In this document: positions 37,595 through 50,150 of the stretch, piece after piece
Layout: every line of letters starts with the position of its first letter
Numbering within the stretch: position 1 is the stretch's first letter
DNA from: Chiloscyllium plagiosum
Lineage: Eukaryota
NCBI RefSeq assembly: GCF_004010195.1
Contig: NC_057718.1
Location: 102,689,165 to 102,753,164, forward strand
DNA: 64,000 bases
Reading direction: 5' to 3'
Translations under genes and position numbers: made by a program
The notes under the pieces: model-generated
Told to the model about the DNA's origin: nothing
Seen by the model: the letters and a program-made list of their open reading frames with translations, nothing else
The model's database searches: none

Positions 37595-38177
37595 CTTCTC
37601 CTCGGTCGGTCGTGAAGCCGCACACTGAAGGCTCGGGGCGCGGGTTGATTGATGCCCCCAACGGACAGCCTTCCAACTCTCTCCCCCGACCCGGACTACA
37701 ACTCCCAGCTGCCTCTGCGCGGCGCGCGCACGCGCACATCCGAACGGCTGTTTCCTCCCCACCCAGGGGGAATTCTCCCGCCCGGCTCCTGAGTGAACGT
37801 CTAGCGCGCTCATCCTCGACTGAAGCATGCCCGTTCACGTTTGAATCCCCGATCTGAATTTTTATGACCCAATCCTTTACTTGACGCCGCAACCAAAACT
37901 ACCGGCATGCCCTGCGTTTCGACGCGGCGCATTGATAGCCGTTTCCCATATTCGAAAAAGTGGGATTATTTTATTATGTTATTCAAATACACTTGTAATA
38001 AACGATGATAAGTCGCCGGTTACAATTGTTCCGTGTAATGCTATTTCTTAAAGGATGCAAAACCTGAAGTGACTACAGATTCCGGCAGGCTCTGGGGCTG
38101 CGGCGCATGCGCGTGGCGAGGGGAAGGGGGCGGATGGTGATCCGGAAGTGGTTCCCCCTTTGTTCTGCTGGTGCAAG

Positions 38178-38312
38178 ATGGCCGAACCTGAGAGTGAGGA
38201 GTACCCCACCGAGATTCACGAGTTCCTGGTGGGATTCGAGGAGTCCCTGAAATCCGCCGATGGGACGCTGCAGTCTTTGATGTCGGTGCCCCGGAGCGAG
38301 CTGCTGCAAAAG
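38178..38312 (+). CDS. C1D: C1D nuclear exosome cofactor (Rrp47 homolog), first coding exon
   Basis: [45 protein letters not shown] matches the vertebrate C1D N-terminus; donor AAG/gtgagc, phase 0. Confidence 0.95.
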
Positions 38313-38410
38313 GTGAGCCCTGTCAGGAGGTGGCTGGGAGCTGCACGCAGTGTTCTCCAGGCTTCGGCCTCACGGGCACAGAGTTAGGCCACAGCTGGAG
38401 TACAGAATCC

Positions 38411-38625
38411 GAGGTAAAAACAATGACTGCAGATGCTGGAAACCAGATTCTGGATCAGTGGTGCTGGAAGAGCACAGCAATTCAGGCAGCATCCGAGGAG
38501 CAGCAAAATCAACGTTTCGGGCAAAAGCCCTTCATCAGGAATAAAGGACTGCCCGAAATGTCGATTTCGCTGCACCTCGGATGCTGCCTGAACTGCTGTG
38601 CTCTTCCAGCACCACTAATCCAGAA
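38411..38625. mobile_element. Short foldback element (family B) with antisense hammerhead core at 38507-38542
   Basis: Inverted arms; flanks tggagtacagaatcc (38396) and tggagtttagaatcc (38626); reverse complement CTGATGAagggcttttgcccGAAAcgtt. Confidence 0.8.
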
Positions 38626-38835
38626 TGGAGTTTAGAATCCCTACAGTGCGGAAGCAGGCCACTCGGCCCATCTTGCCTGCACTGCACCCCCCCCCCTCTC
38701 CCCGAAAGAGCATCCCACCCAGACACAGCCTCTCCCACTTTATCCCGTAACTCTGCGTTTCTCATGGCTAACTCACCTAGCCTGTTAAAAATCACACAAC
38801 ACCAGGTTATAGTCCAACAGGTTTCATTGGAAACA

Positions 38836-38870
38836 CACTAGCTTTCGGAGCGACGCTCCTTCATCAGGTG
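38836..38870 (-). ncRNA. Intact minimal hammerhead ribozyme motif (family C)
   Basis: Reverse complement reads cac-CTGATGA-a-ggagc-gtc-gctcc-GAAA-gcta-gtg; stem I cac/gtg, stem II ggagc/gctcc, palindromic AGCU helix III. Confidence 0.8.
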
Positions 38871-39446
38871 GTAGTGGAGGGCTCGATCCTAACACAATTT
38901 ATAGCAAAAATTTACAGTGTGATGTAACTTGACATTATACATTGAAAAATTGATTCTGTTAAGCCTTTTATCTGTTAGAATACCGTGATAGTTTCATTTC
39001 TTTCATGTGTAAATCACAAAACCTTTTCTTTTAAAAGGTTGCATTCTCAGGTTAGCTGTTAACAATGGCGATAGCTAGACAATATGTTGAAGGGGTTGGC
39101 CCCCTGTGTTGTCTGTCTACGTCATGACATTTAGATTGATTCTAAACAAACATTATCTCACTTTTTAGATTAGAATCAATCTAAATGTCATGACATAGAC
39201 AGAGAACACAGGGGGCCAACCCCTTCAACATATATTGTCTAGCTATCGCCATTGTTAACAGCTAACCTGAGAATGCAACCTTTTAATAGAACAGGTTTTA
39301 TGGTTTACACATGAAAGAAGTGAAACTATCACGGTATTCTAACAGATAAAAGGCTTAATAGACAATTTTTCAATGTATAAGTCAGTTACATCACACTGTA
39401 AATTTTTGTTATAAATTCTGTGTGTTAGGATCAAGCCCTCCACTAT

Positions 39447-39481
39447 CACCTGATAAAGGAGCGTCGCTCCGAAAGCTAGTG
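39447..39481 (+). ncRNA. Hammerhead motif (family C) with core mutation CUGAUAA
   Basis: cac-CTGATAA-aggagcgtcgctcc-GAAA-gcta-gtg; conserved G8 changed to A. Confidence 0.6.
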
Positions 39482-42400
39482 TGCTTCCAATTAAACCTGT
39501 TTGGTCTATAGCCTGGTGTTGTGAGATTTTTAACTTTGTATACCCCAGTCCAACACCGGCATCTCCAAATCACCTAGCCTGCACATCCCTGGTTGCTATG
39601 GGGCAATTTCTCATGACTAATCCATCCAGCTTGCACATCTCTGGACGTGATGGGGTAATTCCCCCATAGCTAGTCCATGTAACCTGCACATTCCTGAACT
39701 CTATGGGCAATTTAGCATAGCGAATCTACCCCAATCTGTGCATCTTTGGTTTCTGGGAAGAAACTGGAGCACCTGGAGGAAACACCCACACAAGTGGGGA
39801 AATGTGTAAACTCAACACAGAAGTTGCCTGAGGATGGAATTGAACCTGAGTTCCCTGACCCTGTGAGGCAGCTGCTAACCACTGAGTCACTGTGCCCCTG
39901 ACAAGTTGTGTGTGCAGTTCCAATCACAGCCACATAGGAAGAATGTGATTGCACCCGAGGGAGTGCAGAGAAGATTTTCCGGGATGTTGCCTGGGATGGA
40001 GCATCTCCACTATGAAGAGAGGTTGGATAAGCTCAGGTTATTTTCTTTGGAGCAGAGAAGTAGGGTGGTGGAATTTGATTTGAGGTGTATGGGATTATGA
40101 GGGGCACAGACAGACTGAATGGAGAGTTGAAGGAGTCATTGGACTCAACATTAATTCGATATCTCTCTCCTCATTTGCTGCCAGACCTGCTGAGTTTCTC
40201 CAGCTCTTTGTTTTTGTGGGTAAAAAGTACCTGTACCCTTTAATTTTAAGATTCAGGAACATGATGCCACAATTAAGGTGGAAGGAAAGGGGATTAGAGG
40301 AAAGGTTTTTCCACCAAGAAGTTGGTGGGGATCTGAAATGTGTAAAATATACTTGGATGGACACTTGTTTCATTACATTGAAGGCAATGGGACCAGTGTA
40401 GGTAGTTTTGTATTTTTTTTGGGCGTGTATGGATTCACTGGGTCTCTTCTGCATGTATGATTCACAGAGCTGAATTGTTAAGGTGCAGAAGGAGGCCGTT
40501 CGAGCCATCGTGTCTCTGTGCCCACAGCGGATATTCCCCATGAGCATTGTGACTTTTATAGAAACCCTCACTTCTATCATGAGATGTGGATGTCTCTTAT
40601 CAGAACAGACCAGAGAGTTTTCAGAAGAGGAAGTGCCTGTTTTTCCAGACAGGCATGTTACAGCCTTCAGGATCTCAACATTGGGTTCAGCAACTTCAGA
40701 GCATGGATGCTGTACTCCATCTTGACTATCAAGGCTCCTTAGCATTTTTTCAAACCCATGACCTCTACCATCTCGAAGGGCAAGGGCAGCAGGCTCATGG
40801 GGTGACTACTATCTGCGAGCTCCCCTCCAAGCCATCTTGATTCAGAAATATGTTTATTCCTTCAGTATCATTGGGTCAAAAACTTGGAACTCCCTCACAA
40901 ATTGCACTGTAGGCAGTGTTCCTGCTAGCTTTTACTTTTGCACAGATATTCAAGTCTATATGAGGCAGCGACTTCTAGAATCTGAATTAAATACTACAAA
41001 CTATGTCAGCTCACTGATAGTCTTATATAGACCTTTGGAGAGCTTAAGAATGTTGACCATGTGTCACTACACAAACTGGCTACGGTGATTCAAGGAGGCA
41101 ACTCGCCATCTTAAGGGCAATGAATGCTTACCCAACCAGTGACACCCACTTCCCATAAATGACATGAAAAAGCCTCACCACACTGCCTTATTCGTATGGG
41201 CTTGTTCACCACAAAATCAACCTTTTTTGACTCTTCATGCTTACCAGTGATCCCTATCTTATATCTCCATCTACCATCAGCACTGTCCTTGTCTTTTCCT
41301 CTGGACGCCCTCATCATCTGCTTCCCTCGTTGTCCCTAACTCTTGACGACAACTTAAAAACCGATGTGTCCAGCTCCCTTCAATCCTGAAGAGGAATCGT
41401 TGGACTCAAATGTTAACTTTTTTTTTCGCTGTCCACAGAAACTGCCAGATTTGCTGAATTTCGTCAGCACTTGCAGCTCTTATCTTTGATCTCTAGCATC
41501 AGTTAAATTTTTAAGCTTTGTGGAATGCTTTAGCATTGGATGCGTGAGCGAGGGTAATTTTGTCTCTGGAATCAAAACAGCTATTCAAGTCTTTCTGGAA
41601 TATACAATTTGAGGATTGCTAAAAAGGGACATATTGGAATCTAATTTGAGCAAGAGACCCCAGAGCATTACACTGGGCATTTATATTATTTTGGTTTTGA
41701 TTTGTTTATTGTCATGTGTATTTTGTTACAAATATAGTGAACAGTGTTGTATAGTGTCACCACTTTCTGGCGCCATCTTAAAAAACAAAGTAAAACCAAA
41801 ACATGGAATATAAAGGCAGAAAATAAAGAAATAAAGTTCACCTATAAGTTCGTTCTTGTTGAGTGCTCAGCCATGGCCCTGGATCCAGGCTCCTCCACCC
41901 CGAGGTTGAGACTGTCACCAGTGCAAAGCAATTGGCTAGGCTTGAGTCCTGCCCAATATTATCTTTAAATCAACACTACCAATACTGATTATCTGGTCAT
42001 TAACACTTTGTTAACCACCTTTATATTTAAAAAAACAAGAAGAAATATGGATTCTAGTCTGTACTGACACAACTAAAGCAGAGGATAAGATATTTCAATT
42101 ATTTGTAGTTGTTCAAAACCATAGTGTGGGTAGAGAGCAACTTGGTGGAATAACCCAAAGACATATACTTAATGTGATTGGCTAAAGAAATGGTGATCTG
42201 AGGATTTTCGACACAGTGAGCGGGCAGGAGCTGGGATCTGTGATGAAAACAGCTTCAATTATGGGTTTCAAACACGAATCGACAATTACCTGAAGAAGAA
42301 AGGTTTGCAGAGCTGCCAGGTGAAGGCAGGCCAGTGGTGCCAGCTAAATCAGGGTTATAGAGCTAATGAGCAAGGACTCTCTTCCTCTTCTGTAACCATT

Positions 42401-43484
42401 TCTGATTCTGTCACTTTGGAAGGTATCCATATTGAAATGGAATCACACATTGGCCAGACTGGAAAAGGATGGCCAATTTCCTTCTCTAAAGGAGTTTGAA
42501 GTAATCACCTACAGAGGTTATGAAGGAAATTTATGAGGATGTTACTCGTAATGGAGAATTTGTCACTGAAGAAAGATCGAATAGGCTGGGATGGTTTATT
42601 TGAAATAGTCATGGCTGGAACTCACTGCCTGAAAAGGTAGTGGAGATAGAAACTGTTATTGCATTTTAAAAAAATAAATCTAATGTGCTACTGAGCCACA
42701 TTACCACACAGAACCACAGTTCAAGATCAAGAAGGAATGTTTAAGCTGGATAGCTCTGTGAACACCTCCTGTTGTGTAAATATTTCTTTGGTTGTTAGTG
42801 AACCAGATCAGATCTTACTACAATCTCTTAATCACTTGGTTGCCACTACTGATATCAGCTTTTAATTCCAAATTCAATTTAATTCACTGCTTTCGATTTT
42901 AATTTGGCAAATTTAAAAGTTAAAGAGCATATCTATTTTTATACATGAAGTCTCATAGCCACTCTGTCTCAAAAATATTTGATAAAGGTAATGGTAACGT
43001 ACTTTGTAACAGATTATCATACTTTTAGTGAGAGCTTTTGTATGCAGGGTAATGTCCCTCTCTCTGGGTCAGAAGACATGGGTTCAAGGCCCACCTACTA
43101 CAGAGATGTACCATAACATCTCTGAAAAAGTTGATCTGAAAATACATTTAAACTGATCGCTGATCTCCAGTATGGCAAATCTAAGTTTCTTGGATGGTTT
43201 AACACTATGAAGTTGATTTTGGCCTCTTGAAAAGTGAGGGATTCTCAGCTGGCTGTAAGCTTTATTGTATTTGAATGCCTGAGTGTTTTGTTTCTAAGGT
43301 GAATTTTAAAGTGGAACAGGTCATGTACCTCTGGTTTCCTGATGAAGGGCTTATGCTTGAAAAGTGGATTCTCCTGCTTCCTTGGATGCTGCCTGACCTG
43401 CTCTGCTTTTCCACTACCATACACTCGACAGGTGCCTAAGGTTTCAAAGCTGAGACTGGTTCATTGACTAGAAGTTGCTCTTAG

Positions 43485-45780
43485 AACATAGAACATTACA
43501 GCGCAGTACATCCCCTTCACCCCTTGATGTTGCTTCGACCTGTGAAACTAATCTGAAGCCCCCCCAACTTATACTATTCCATTCTCGTCCATATGCCTAT
43601 CCAATGACCATTTAAATGCCCTTAAAGTTGACTGGTGTACTACTGTTGCAGGCAGGGTGTTCCACGCCCTTACTGCTCTGACTAAAGAAACTACCTCTGA
43701 CATTTGACCGATATCTATCACCCCTCAATTTAAACCCCTCGTGCTAGCCATCGCCAGAGGAAAAAGGCTCTCACTGTCCATCCTATCTAAGCCTTTGAAT
43801 ATCTTGTATGTCTCAATTAAATCATCTCTCAACCTTCTTTCTAATGAAAACAGCCTCAAGTCCCTCAGCCTTTCCTCCTAAGACCTTCCTTCCATACCAG
43901 GCAACATCCTAATAAATCTCCTCTGCACCCTTCCAAGGCTTCCACATCCTTCCTATAAATGCGGTGACCAGAACTGTACACAATATTCTAAATGTGACCG
44001 CACTAGAGTTTTGTACAGTTGCAGCGTGATCTCATAGTTTCGAAACTCAATCCCTCTACCAATAAAAGCTAACACACCCAATGCCCTCTTAACCCTATCA
44101 ACTTGGGTGGCAACTTTCAAGGGTCTATGTATCTAGACACTGAGCTCTCTCTGCTCATCTACACTACCAAGAATATCTCTGGAACTATAGAAAAGGCCCA
44201 ACAGGGTGACCTCTCCTTTCCTGTTTCTAATGTCAACCCATATTACCCTAGTAGACGAGTCCTCAAATGGCCTTTCTGCCACCGTAATACTGTCCTTGAC
44301 GAACAATGCCACACCTACCCCTCTTTTACTGTGTTCTCTGTTCTTACTGAAACATCTAAATCATGGAATCTGCAACAACCATTCGTGTCCCTGCTGTACC
44401 CATGTCTTCAAAATGGCCACAGCAAGGAAGTCCCAGCTACCAACCCATGCTGCAAGTTCACCCACTTTATTCCGGATGCTCCTGGCATTGAAATAGACAC
44501 ACTTCAAACCACCTTCCTGCTTGCTAGTGAACTCTTTCAATCTTGAAACCTCATTTCTGACCTCACTACTCTCAACCTCCTGGACCCTGGATCTACAATT
44601 TGGGTTCTAATCCCGCTGCTGAATTTGTTTAAACCCTTCCAAAGAACATTAGCAAATTTCCCCCCAAGCACATTGGTACCCCTCTGGTTCAGGTGTAGAC
44701 CATCTGATTTGTAGAGATCCCACCTACCCCAGAATGAGCCACAATTATCCAGGTATCTGAAACCCTCCCTCCTACAGCATCCCTGTAGCCACGTCTTTAA
44801 CTCCTCTCTTTCTCCCTATTCCTCACCTCGCTAGCATGTGGTACGGGCAACGCACCAGAGATAACAACTCTATTTATTCTAGCACTAAGCTTCCACCATA
44901 GCACCCTGAATTTCTGCCTTAAGTCCCCATCCCTTTTTCTACCTAAGTAATCAGTACTTGTGTGGACTTGGGGCTGCTCTCACTCCCTCTCAAGCATCCC
45001 AAAAACATGATCCGAGACATCATGAATCCTGGCACCTGGGAGGCAATGCACCTGTCATCTCGATTTTCCCCCCCCCCTCGGTTGAAGCAAAACACTCCAA
45101 GACACCATATAGTTTTACCTCCTTCAACTTTATTCCGGGCCTCAGAGGGAGAGAGAATGGTCGCCCATGTGCACAGAGATATGAGTTCTCGGTCTTCTCT
45201 TGAACACCAGTTTCTTAATGAATTATGTGGTCATTTACAGGGAGGATTAGCCAGATAAGGTGACATATGTATTGATTGGGTTACTGTTACAATCAGCGAG
45301 TCTCAATTGTAGAGATTAAGCCTTCTGCTGTTACACAATGAATGTTCTTAACCTTGTTAACTGGCTTCACATAATGAATACTTTTCACCTTGTTCACTGA
45401 CTTGACATACTGAATGCTTCTTCATCTTGTTAAATGGCTCTACATCTTGTTAACCCACTACCCTTGCCTCCGGTGCCTCATTGTTTACTGCAAGTTCTTA
45501 TCTGATCTGAGTCATGCTTAGCTGAACGTTTGTTTCTCAAAACGTAACCCTTTCCCTACCTGCTCATACCCTATACACTTTCTCACACCAACCATGAGTC
45601 TCTCTCGTTCCCATAGGACCTCCTATCAGTTCCCCTAAATATGAAGTCCCCAATGGCTCGTGCTCTGTTCATCTCCCCTCTTCCCTTCTAAACAATAGGG
45701 ACAGACTCTGTGCCAGAGACCTATACCCCATGGCTTACCCCTGGTAAATTGTCCCCCCTCCCCCACCCACTTAGTATCCA
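43485..45780 (-). mobile_element. CR1 LINE with a large internal deletion (3' end joined to endonuclease/ORF1 region), interrupted by a solo LTR
   Basis: 43485-44180 is the RT C-terminus and 3' tail; 44205-45050 and 45590-45780 align with the CR1 5' region at 1-980. Confidence 0.8.
45053..45585 (-). mobile_element. Solo LTR (533 bp)
   Basis: Starts TG, ends CA, 4-bp duplication CACC (45049/45586), cleanly interrupts CR1 ORF1; AATAAA on the - strand at 45129-45134. Confidence 0.7.
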
Positions 45781-46218
45781 AATCGGAATGGCTTTTGGTA
45801 GAATTGAGTGCAAAACAGCTTTAACTGATTCTTAAAAGCAGGCAATGCTATCTCACCATGTGGCTTTTCACATGTGCAATGTAGTTTCCAAGCGAGAAGG
45901 TAGTGATCATCTTGATTAACACACCCTGAGGCTTTGTAACACTGTTTTTGTTTTTAAAATAATCCATTCAATCTGATAATAACATTTGGATTGCTTTCAG
46001 TGAAGACCATTGATCGGTCCTGAATGGTTTTTGTTCCAACTTGAGGTATGGTGGTTTGTCTAATCCATGAGAAGTCAAGTGATCTTGCATCACTAGGTTT
46101 TTTTGTTCTGACTTTTGAAACTTAACACTAGTGTGTTCCAAATAGGGCAAAGTGATATTGGACGTAATTAATGAGAGTTGTTTGAAAAAATTACATCTAT
46201 GTAATACAGTTTGTTTTT

Positions 46219-46500
46219 GGGGTGACAAGGTAGCTCAGTGGTTAGCACTGCTGCCTCACGGGACCTGGGTTCATTTCCAGCCTTGGACGACTGGTTTGTG
46301 TGGAATTTGCTCATTCTCCCTACGTCTGCATGGGTTTCCTTTGGGTGCTCCAGTTTCCTCCCACAGTCTAAAACTGTGTAGGTTTGGTAGGTTAGCCATG
46401 GGAAAAGCAGGGATGGGGGCTGGGTCTGGGTACGTTGCTTTTTGGTGGGTCAGTGTGGACTTGATGGGCCGAATGGCCTGCTTCCACATTGTAAGGATTT
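46219..46500 (+). mobile_element. V-domain SINE (HE1-like)
   Basis: gtagctcagtggttagcactgctgcctcac head plus V-domain. Confidence 0.8.
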
Positions 46501-46789
46501 TATAATTGGAATACATTGAACATAATGCAGTGTCCCAAGATGCTATGGAATGATATTTGTAAAATAATATTTGATACTGAGTTACACAAGTAGAATTTAG
46601 ATCAGATGACCAAAAGCATGGGTAGAGAAGTAGGCTTTAGGAAAGAAAATGAGGTGAAGAGATGTAGGGGCCTAAGCAGTTGCAATTATGGTCATTGCTA
46701 GTTAAGTCTTTAAAGGTGGGAATTAAAAAGTAACTGGAAGGTTATGCATGAGGTTACAGAAAGGTAAGAAAAAGACAGTGAGCGATTCG

Positions 46790-47490
46790 AAAATGGGATT
46801 CACCAGGATATTGCCTGGAATGGAGCGTTTTAGCTATGGAGAGAGAGGCTGGATGAACTTATTTTCTTTGGAACAGAGGAAGTTGAGAGGGGACCTAATA
46901 GAGGTATATAAGATTGTCTGGTACGGACAAGGTGGATAGAAAGCAGCTGCTCCCTTAGCTGAAGGATCAGTCACATAAGGCCGCACTTTTAAAGTGAAAG
47001 TGAGGACAGCAGATGCTGGAGATCAGAGCTTAAAAATGTGTTGCTGGAAAAGTGCAGCAGGTCAGGCAGCATCAAAGGAACAGGAGAATCGACGTTTCGG
47101 GCATAAGCCCTTCTTCAGGAATCATTCCTGAAGAAGGGCTTATGCCCGAAACGTCGATTCTCCTGTTCCTTTGATGCTGCCTGACCCGCTGCACTTTTCC
47201 AGCAACACATTTTTAAGCTCACACTTTTAAGGTGGAAGGGAGGAGGTTTGAGGATTTTTTTTTTTCAAACCCAGTGTATGGTATGGTCTGGAATGCACTG
47301 CCTGGGATGATAGTTGAGGTGGGTAACCTTTTTTAAAAAAAAATACTTGAATGAGCACTTGAATTGTCCTAACAGCATTCAAGACTTTGGGCCCAGTTTT
47401 GGAAAGAGAGACTGGTGTAGATTTAACATAGTTTTGGTGGAACAGATTTAGTGGGCCAAAGGGCCTCTTCCAGACTGTGTGATTCCGTGA
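46790..47490 (+). mobile_element. CR1 LINE 3' fragment hosting a foldback element
   Basis: FTRILPGMERFSY.ER...LFSLEQRKLRGDLIEVYKI. Confidence 0.8.
46997..47221. mobile_element. Foldback element (family B) with near-perfect 97-bp arms and hammerhead cores on both strands
   Basis: Arms 47026-47122 and 47124-47220 (1 mismatch seen); CTGAAGAagggcttatgcccGAAAcgtc at 47128-47155; flanking cacttttaa(a/g)gtg duplication. Confidence 0.85.
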
Positions 47491-49609
47491 CAACTTTAAA
47501 ATAAAGAACCTACTTCACTGTGAACCACTGTAGGTCAGCGAACCAAAGGGCTAATTGGGAAAAGGACTTGCTGCAAGTTCATGTTGGGCATGCGCAGTTT
47601 TGAATGAACTCAAGTTATTGGAGGGTATAATGTGGAAGACTAGCTAGGAATCATTGGTGTGATCTTGCAGGGAATGGGTGAGGTTTCCAGCAACAAATAA
47701 TCAGATAGGGGTACAATCGAGTCACAATATGGAAGTAGGAATTGGCGGTCTTGGTACAAAGATGAGATCTGAAGCTCCTTTAGGATTCAAATGTGGTGCT
47801 ATGATCGTGGACGTACTGTCTTAAGCTCAGACTGTTGCCAAGGAGGCAATAGTTCGGCAGCAGAGTAGTTCTTCCAATGTTTAACTGGCACGTTCTCATC
47901 TAGCACTGGATATCAGACAAGTAAACTGCTAATTTCATGACGGTGAAGAAGTCGAGGGAGGTGACAGTGAGGTAGAGCTGTCTGTGCCTTCAAATGTTGC
48001 CAAGAGGGGCAGCACGTTGATGAAAAATTGGCAGTGGATGTGTGCAAAAATAATTTGTTGAAGGACAGTAAAGGTAACAGAATGGGAATTACAAAGTGAA
48101 GCCATGGCAGGTAATTGTCTTGTTGCAGGTAGATAAGAATAGAACTACATGACAGCAGTTCCACCCAGCTGGACAGTGGTGGGAAGATATTCAAGGAGCA
48201 TGGTGTAGTCAAAGGTTGCAGACAGGATGAGAAGGGCATGTTTTCCTTTGTTGCAGTCACATAGAATAGCATAGGTGACTTTGAGAGCCGTCTAGCACTT
48301 GCTCAGAGGACATATGCTTAAAATAAAAGAAAACTAACACTAGGATAAAATAATAAATTTTGTGGTAATGGAAATTGCTGAGTATTTTATGCAACCTTGG
48401 AGAGATGATACAGCTGATGTATTGGTTAAAAGCTCTGCTCATAAAATGGCACTCAATAACACTTAATGAAAAAAAAATAAAATTACTGCTGGCGTTGTAA
48501 TTCAAGTTCTGTCCTTATCCTGATGTATCAGCATTTGGCTAAGTTTCTCTGTCTTTTAATAAATGTGCATATATTTTTCTAGGGCTTTGCCTCAATTTTT
48601 CACAATGACCTCGGATTTACTACACAGCTTTGGAGAGCATTCAGTGCAATTACTGGAAAATGCCAAGATTTGTTGTTTTTGGGTTGAACTTGCAGATACT
48701 GAAGTAGAGTTGCAGCCAAGTTCTTATGTCGATCCAAACTTAAGCTGAGAAAATAGTTCAGAATAGATAAATGCCTGTCCTAATGCGAGAAACATTTCTG
48801 TGTGTTTGCTGTTTCATCGTGGACAATCTATTACATTCTACAGGTTCCGTAAACCTCTCTGTTGTGCAAGATAAGCTTCAGTGTTTTAACTCTGAAATGT
48901 TGCTGCAGTCTGCGGTGTTATTGCGTTTTTCATTGAGCGCACTGCAATTTTATTTTCCTGAAGAGTTTCTCTTTCTCTGGCCAAGTTCTTGAGGTTGGCC
49001 GCTGTCACTTAGTGTGCTGCTCCAATTGGAGATTTAGAACCAATCTGGTTTTGTTTTGCCTTTAATAAAACCTGTTTTCTCTTTTGTTTTTTCATCAAAA
49101 TACGGGTCTAATTTAAACTGAGGTGCACAAAAAAGGTCCTTTGAATGTCTGCAGTACAGAGAATAATCCTGTCTGGTGGTAAAATTGATTTCTTTTTTGT
49201 GTGCTGGCTTCATGAGTTTTTCTTCACTACAATGGTAAGGTAGCCAGTTTAAAAATTAAACTATGCCATGTACCTTTGGTGAATCTAGTTTAATCATTTT
49301 AATGTAAAATCCTAGTGTTTTAAAGCTCCTTCAAGCATCTTGACAACCCTTTCCCTATGCTCTGAAATACCACATGAAAGGTCTTTTGTTGGTGGTCAGA
49401 GCATGTGGAGTCATGAACCAATTAACAGAATACATTGAAAAATGCCTTGAAATTTTAACGTAAGAGCAGAAGTAGGCCATTCAGCCCCTCCAGGCTGCTG
49501 TGTCAGCCAAATTGTAGTGTTAAATGTAATGGCTGTGACTTTGATCAGTCCACCAACCAGACAGCTGGAGGTAACCCCATCACAGCCAGACAGGTGCTAG
49601 CATGCCTTA

Positions 49610-50150
49610 TAGTCAGAGTCATACACCTTCAGTCCAACTCGTCCATGCCAACCAGGTATCCTAAACTGAGCATTTGCCTGCCTTTGGCTCATATTCCTCT
49701 AAATCTTCCTATTCATATCCTTGTCCACAACCCTCCTTACCACTTCCTCTGGCAGCTCATTCCACATATGAACCACCCTGTGTGAAAAAGTTGTGCCTCC
49801 GGTCCCTTTTAAATCTTTCCCTTCTCACCTTAAACCTTTACTATATAGTTTTGGATTCCCTTTTCTTTGAAAAAAGACCTTGGCTATTCACTTTATCTGT
49901 GCCTCTCATGATTTTATAAACCTCTACAAGGTCATCCCTCAGCCTCTAACATCTAGGGAAAAAGTCCTTGCCTATCTAGCCTTTGCTTACAACTCAAACG
50001 CTCCTAGTCCCGTCAACATTCTTATAATTTTTGATTCTGTTTAACAATCTATGTGGTATTCTAAAAGTGCCTCACCAATATCGTGTACAGTCGCAACGTG
50101 ATGTCCCAACTCCTATACTCAGCTCTGACTAGCTTCACCACCCTGTCTAC
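49610..50150 (-). mobile_element. CR1 LINE 3' fragment
   Basis: Antisense homolog of the 33265-34180 and 28295-28735 copies. Confidence 0.8.

Larger units (their letters stand above)
37295..38177. promoter_or_regulatory. CpG-rich bidirectional promoter between the unnamed gene and C1D
   Basis: High CpG density; ACTACAACTCCCAG (37695-37708) and ACTACAGATTCC (38072) ZNF143/THAP11-type motifs; NRF1-type GCGCATGCGC (38103-38112); ETS CCGGAAGTG (38142-38150); YY1-type AAGATGGC over the C1D ATG. Confidence 0.8.
38785..39569. mobile_element. Penelope-like long foldback element (family C), ~360-bp inverted arms
   Basis: Arms ~38784-39145 and ~39170-39534; 12-bp flanking duplication tcacctagcctg (38773/39570); a hammerhead motif in each arm. 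Confidence 0.85.
38630..39897 (-). mobile_element. V-domain SINE (HE1-like) split by the 785-bp foldback insertion
   Basis: SINE tail at 38630-38784; internal repeats, V-domain and tRNA head at 39570-39897. Confidence 0.75.

Noticed and set aside
37004-37892. Several 100-200 aa ORFs on both strands in the CpG island
   Set aside because: Explained by GC richness, microsatellites and the antisense of the real exon 37133-37294; no recognisable protein
38148-38177. Upstream GTG start extending C1D in the ORF track
   Set aside because: Homology to C1D begins at the ATG at 38178, which has a good Kozak context
40095-40745. 216-aa minus-strand ORF and overlapping plus-strand ORFs
   Set aside because: Patchwork of repeat fragments with no coherent domain or splice support
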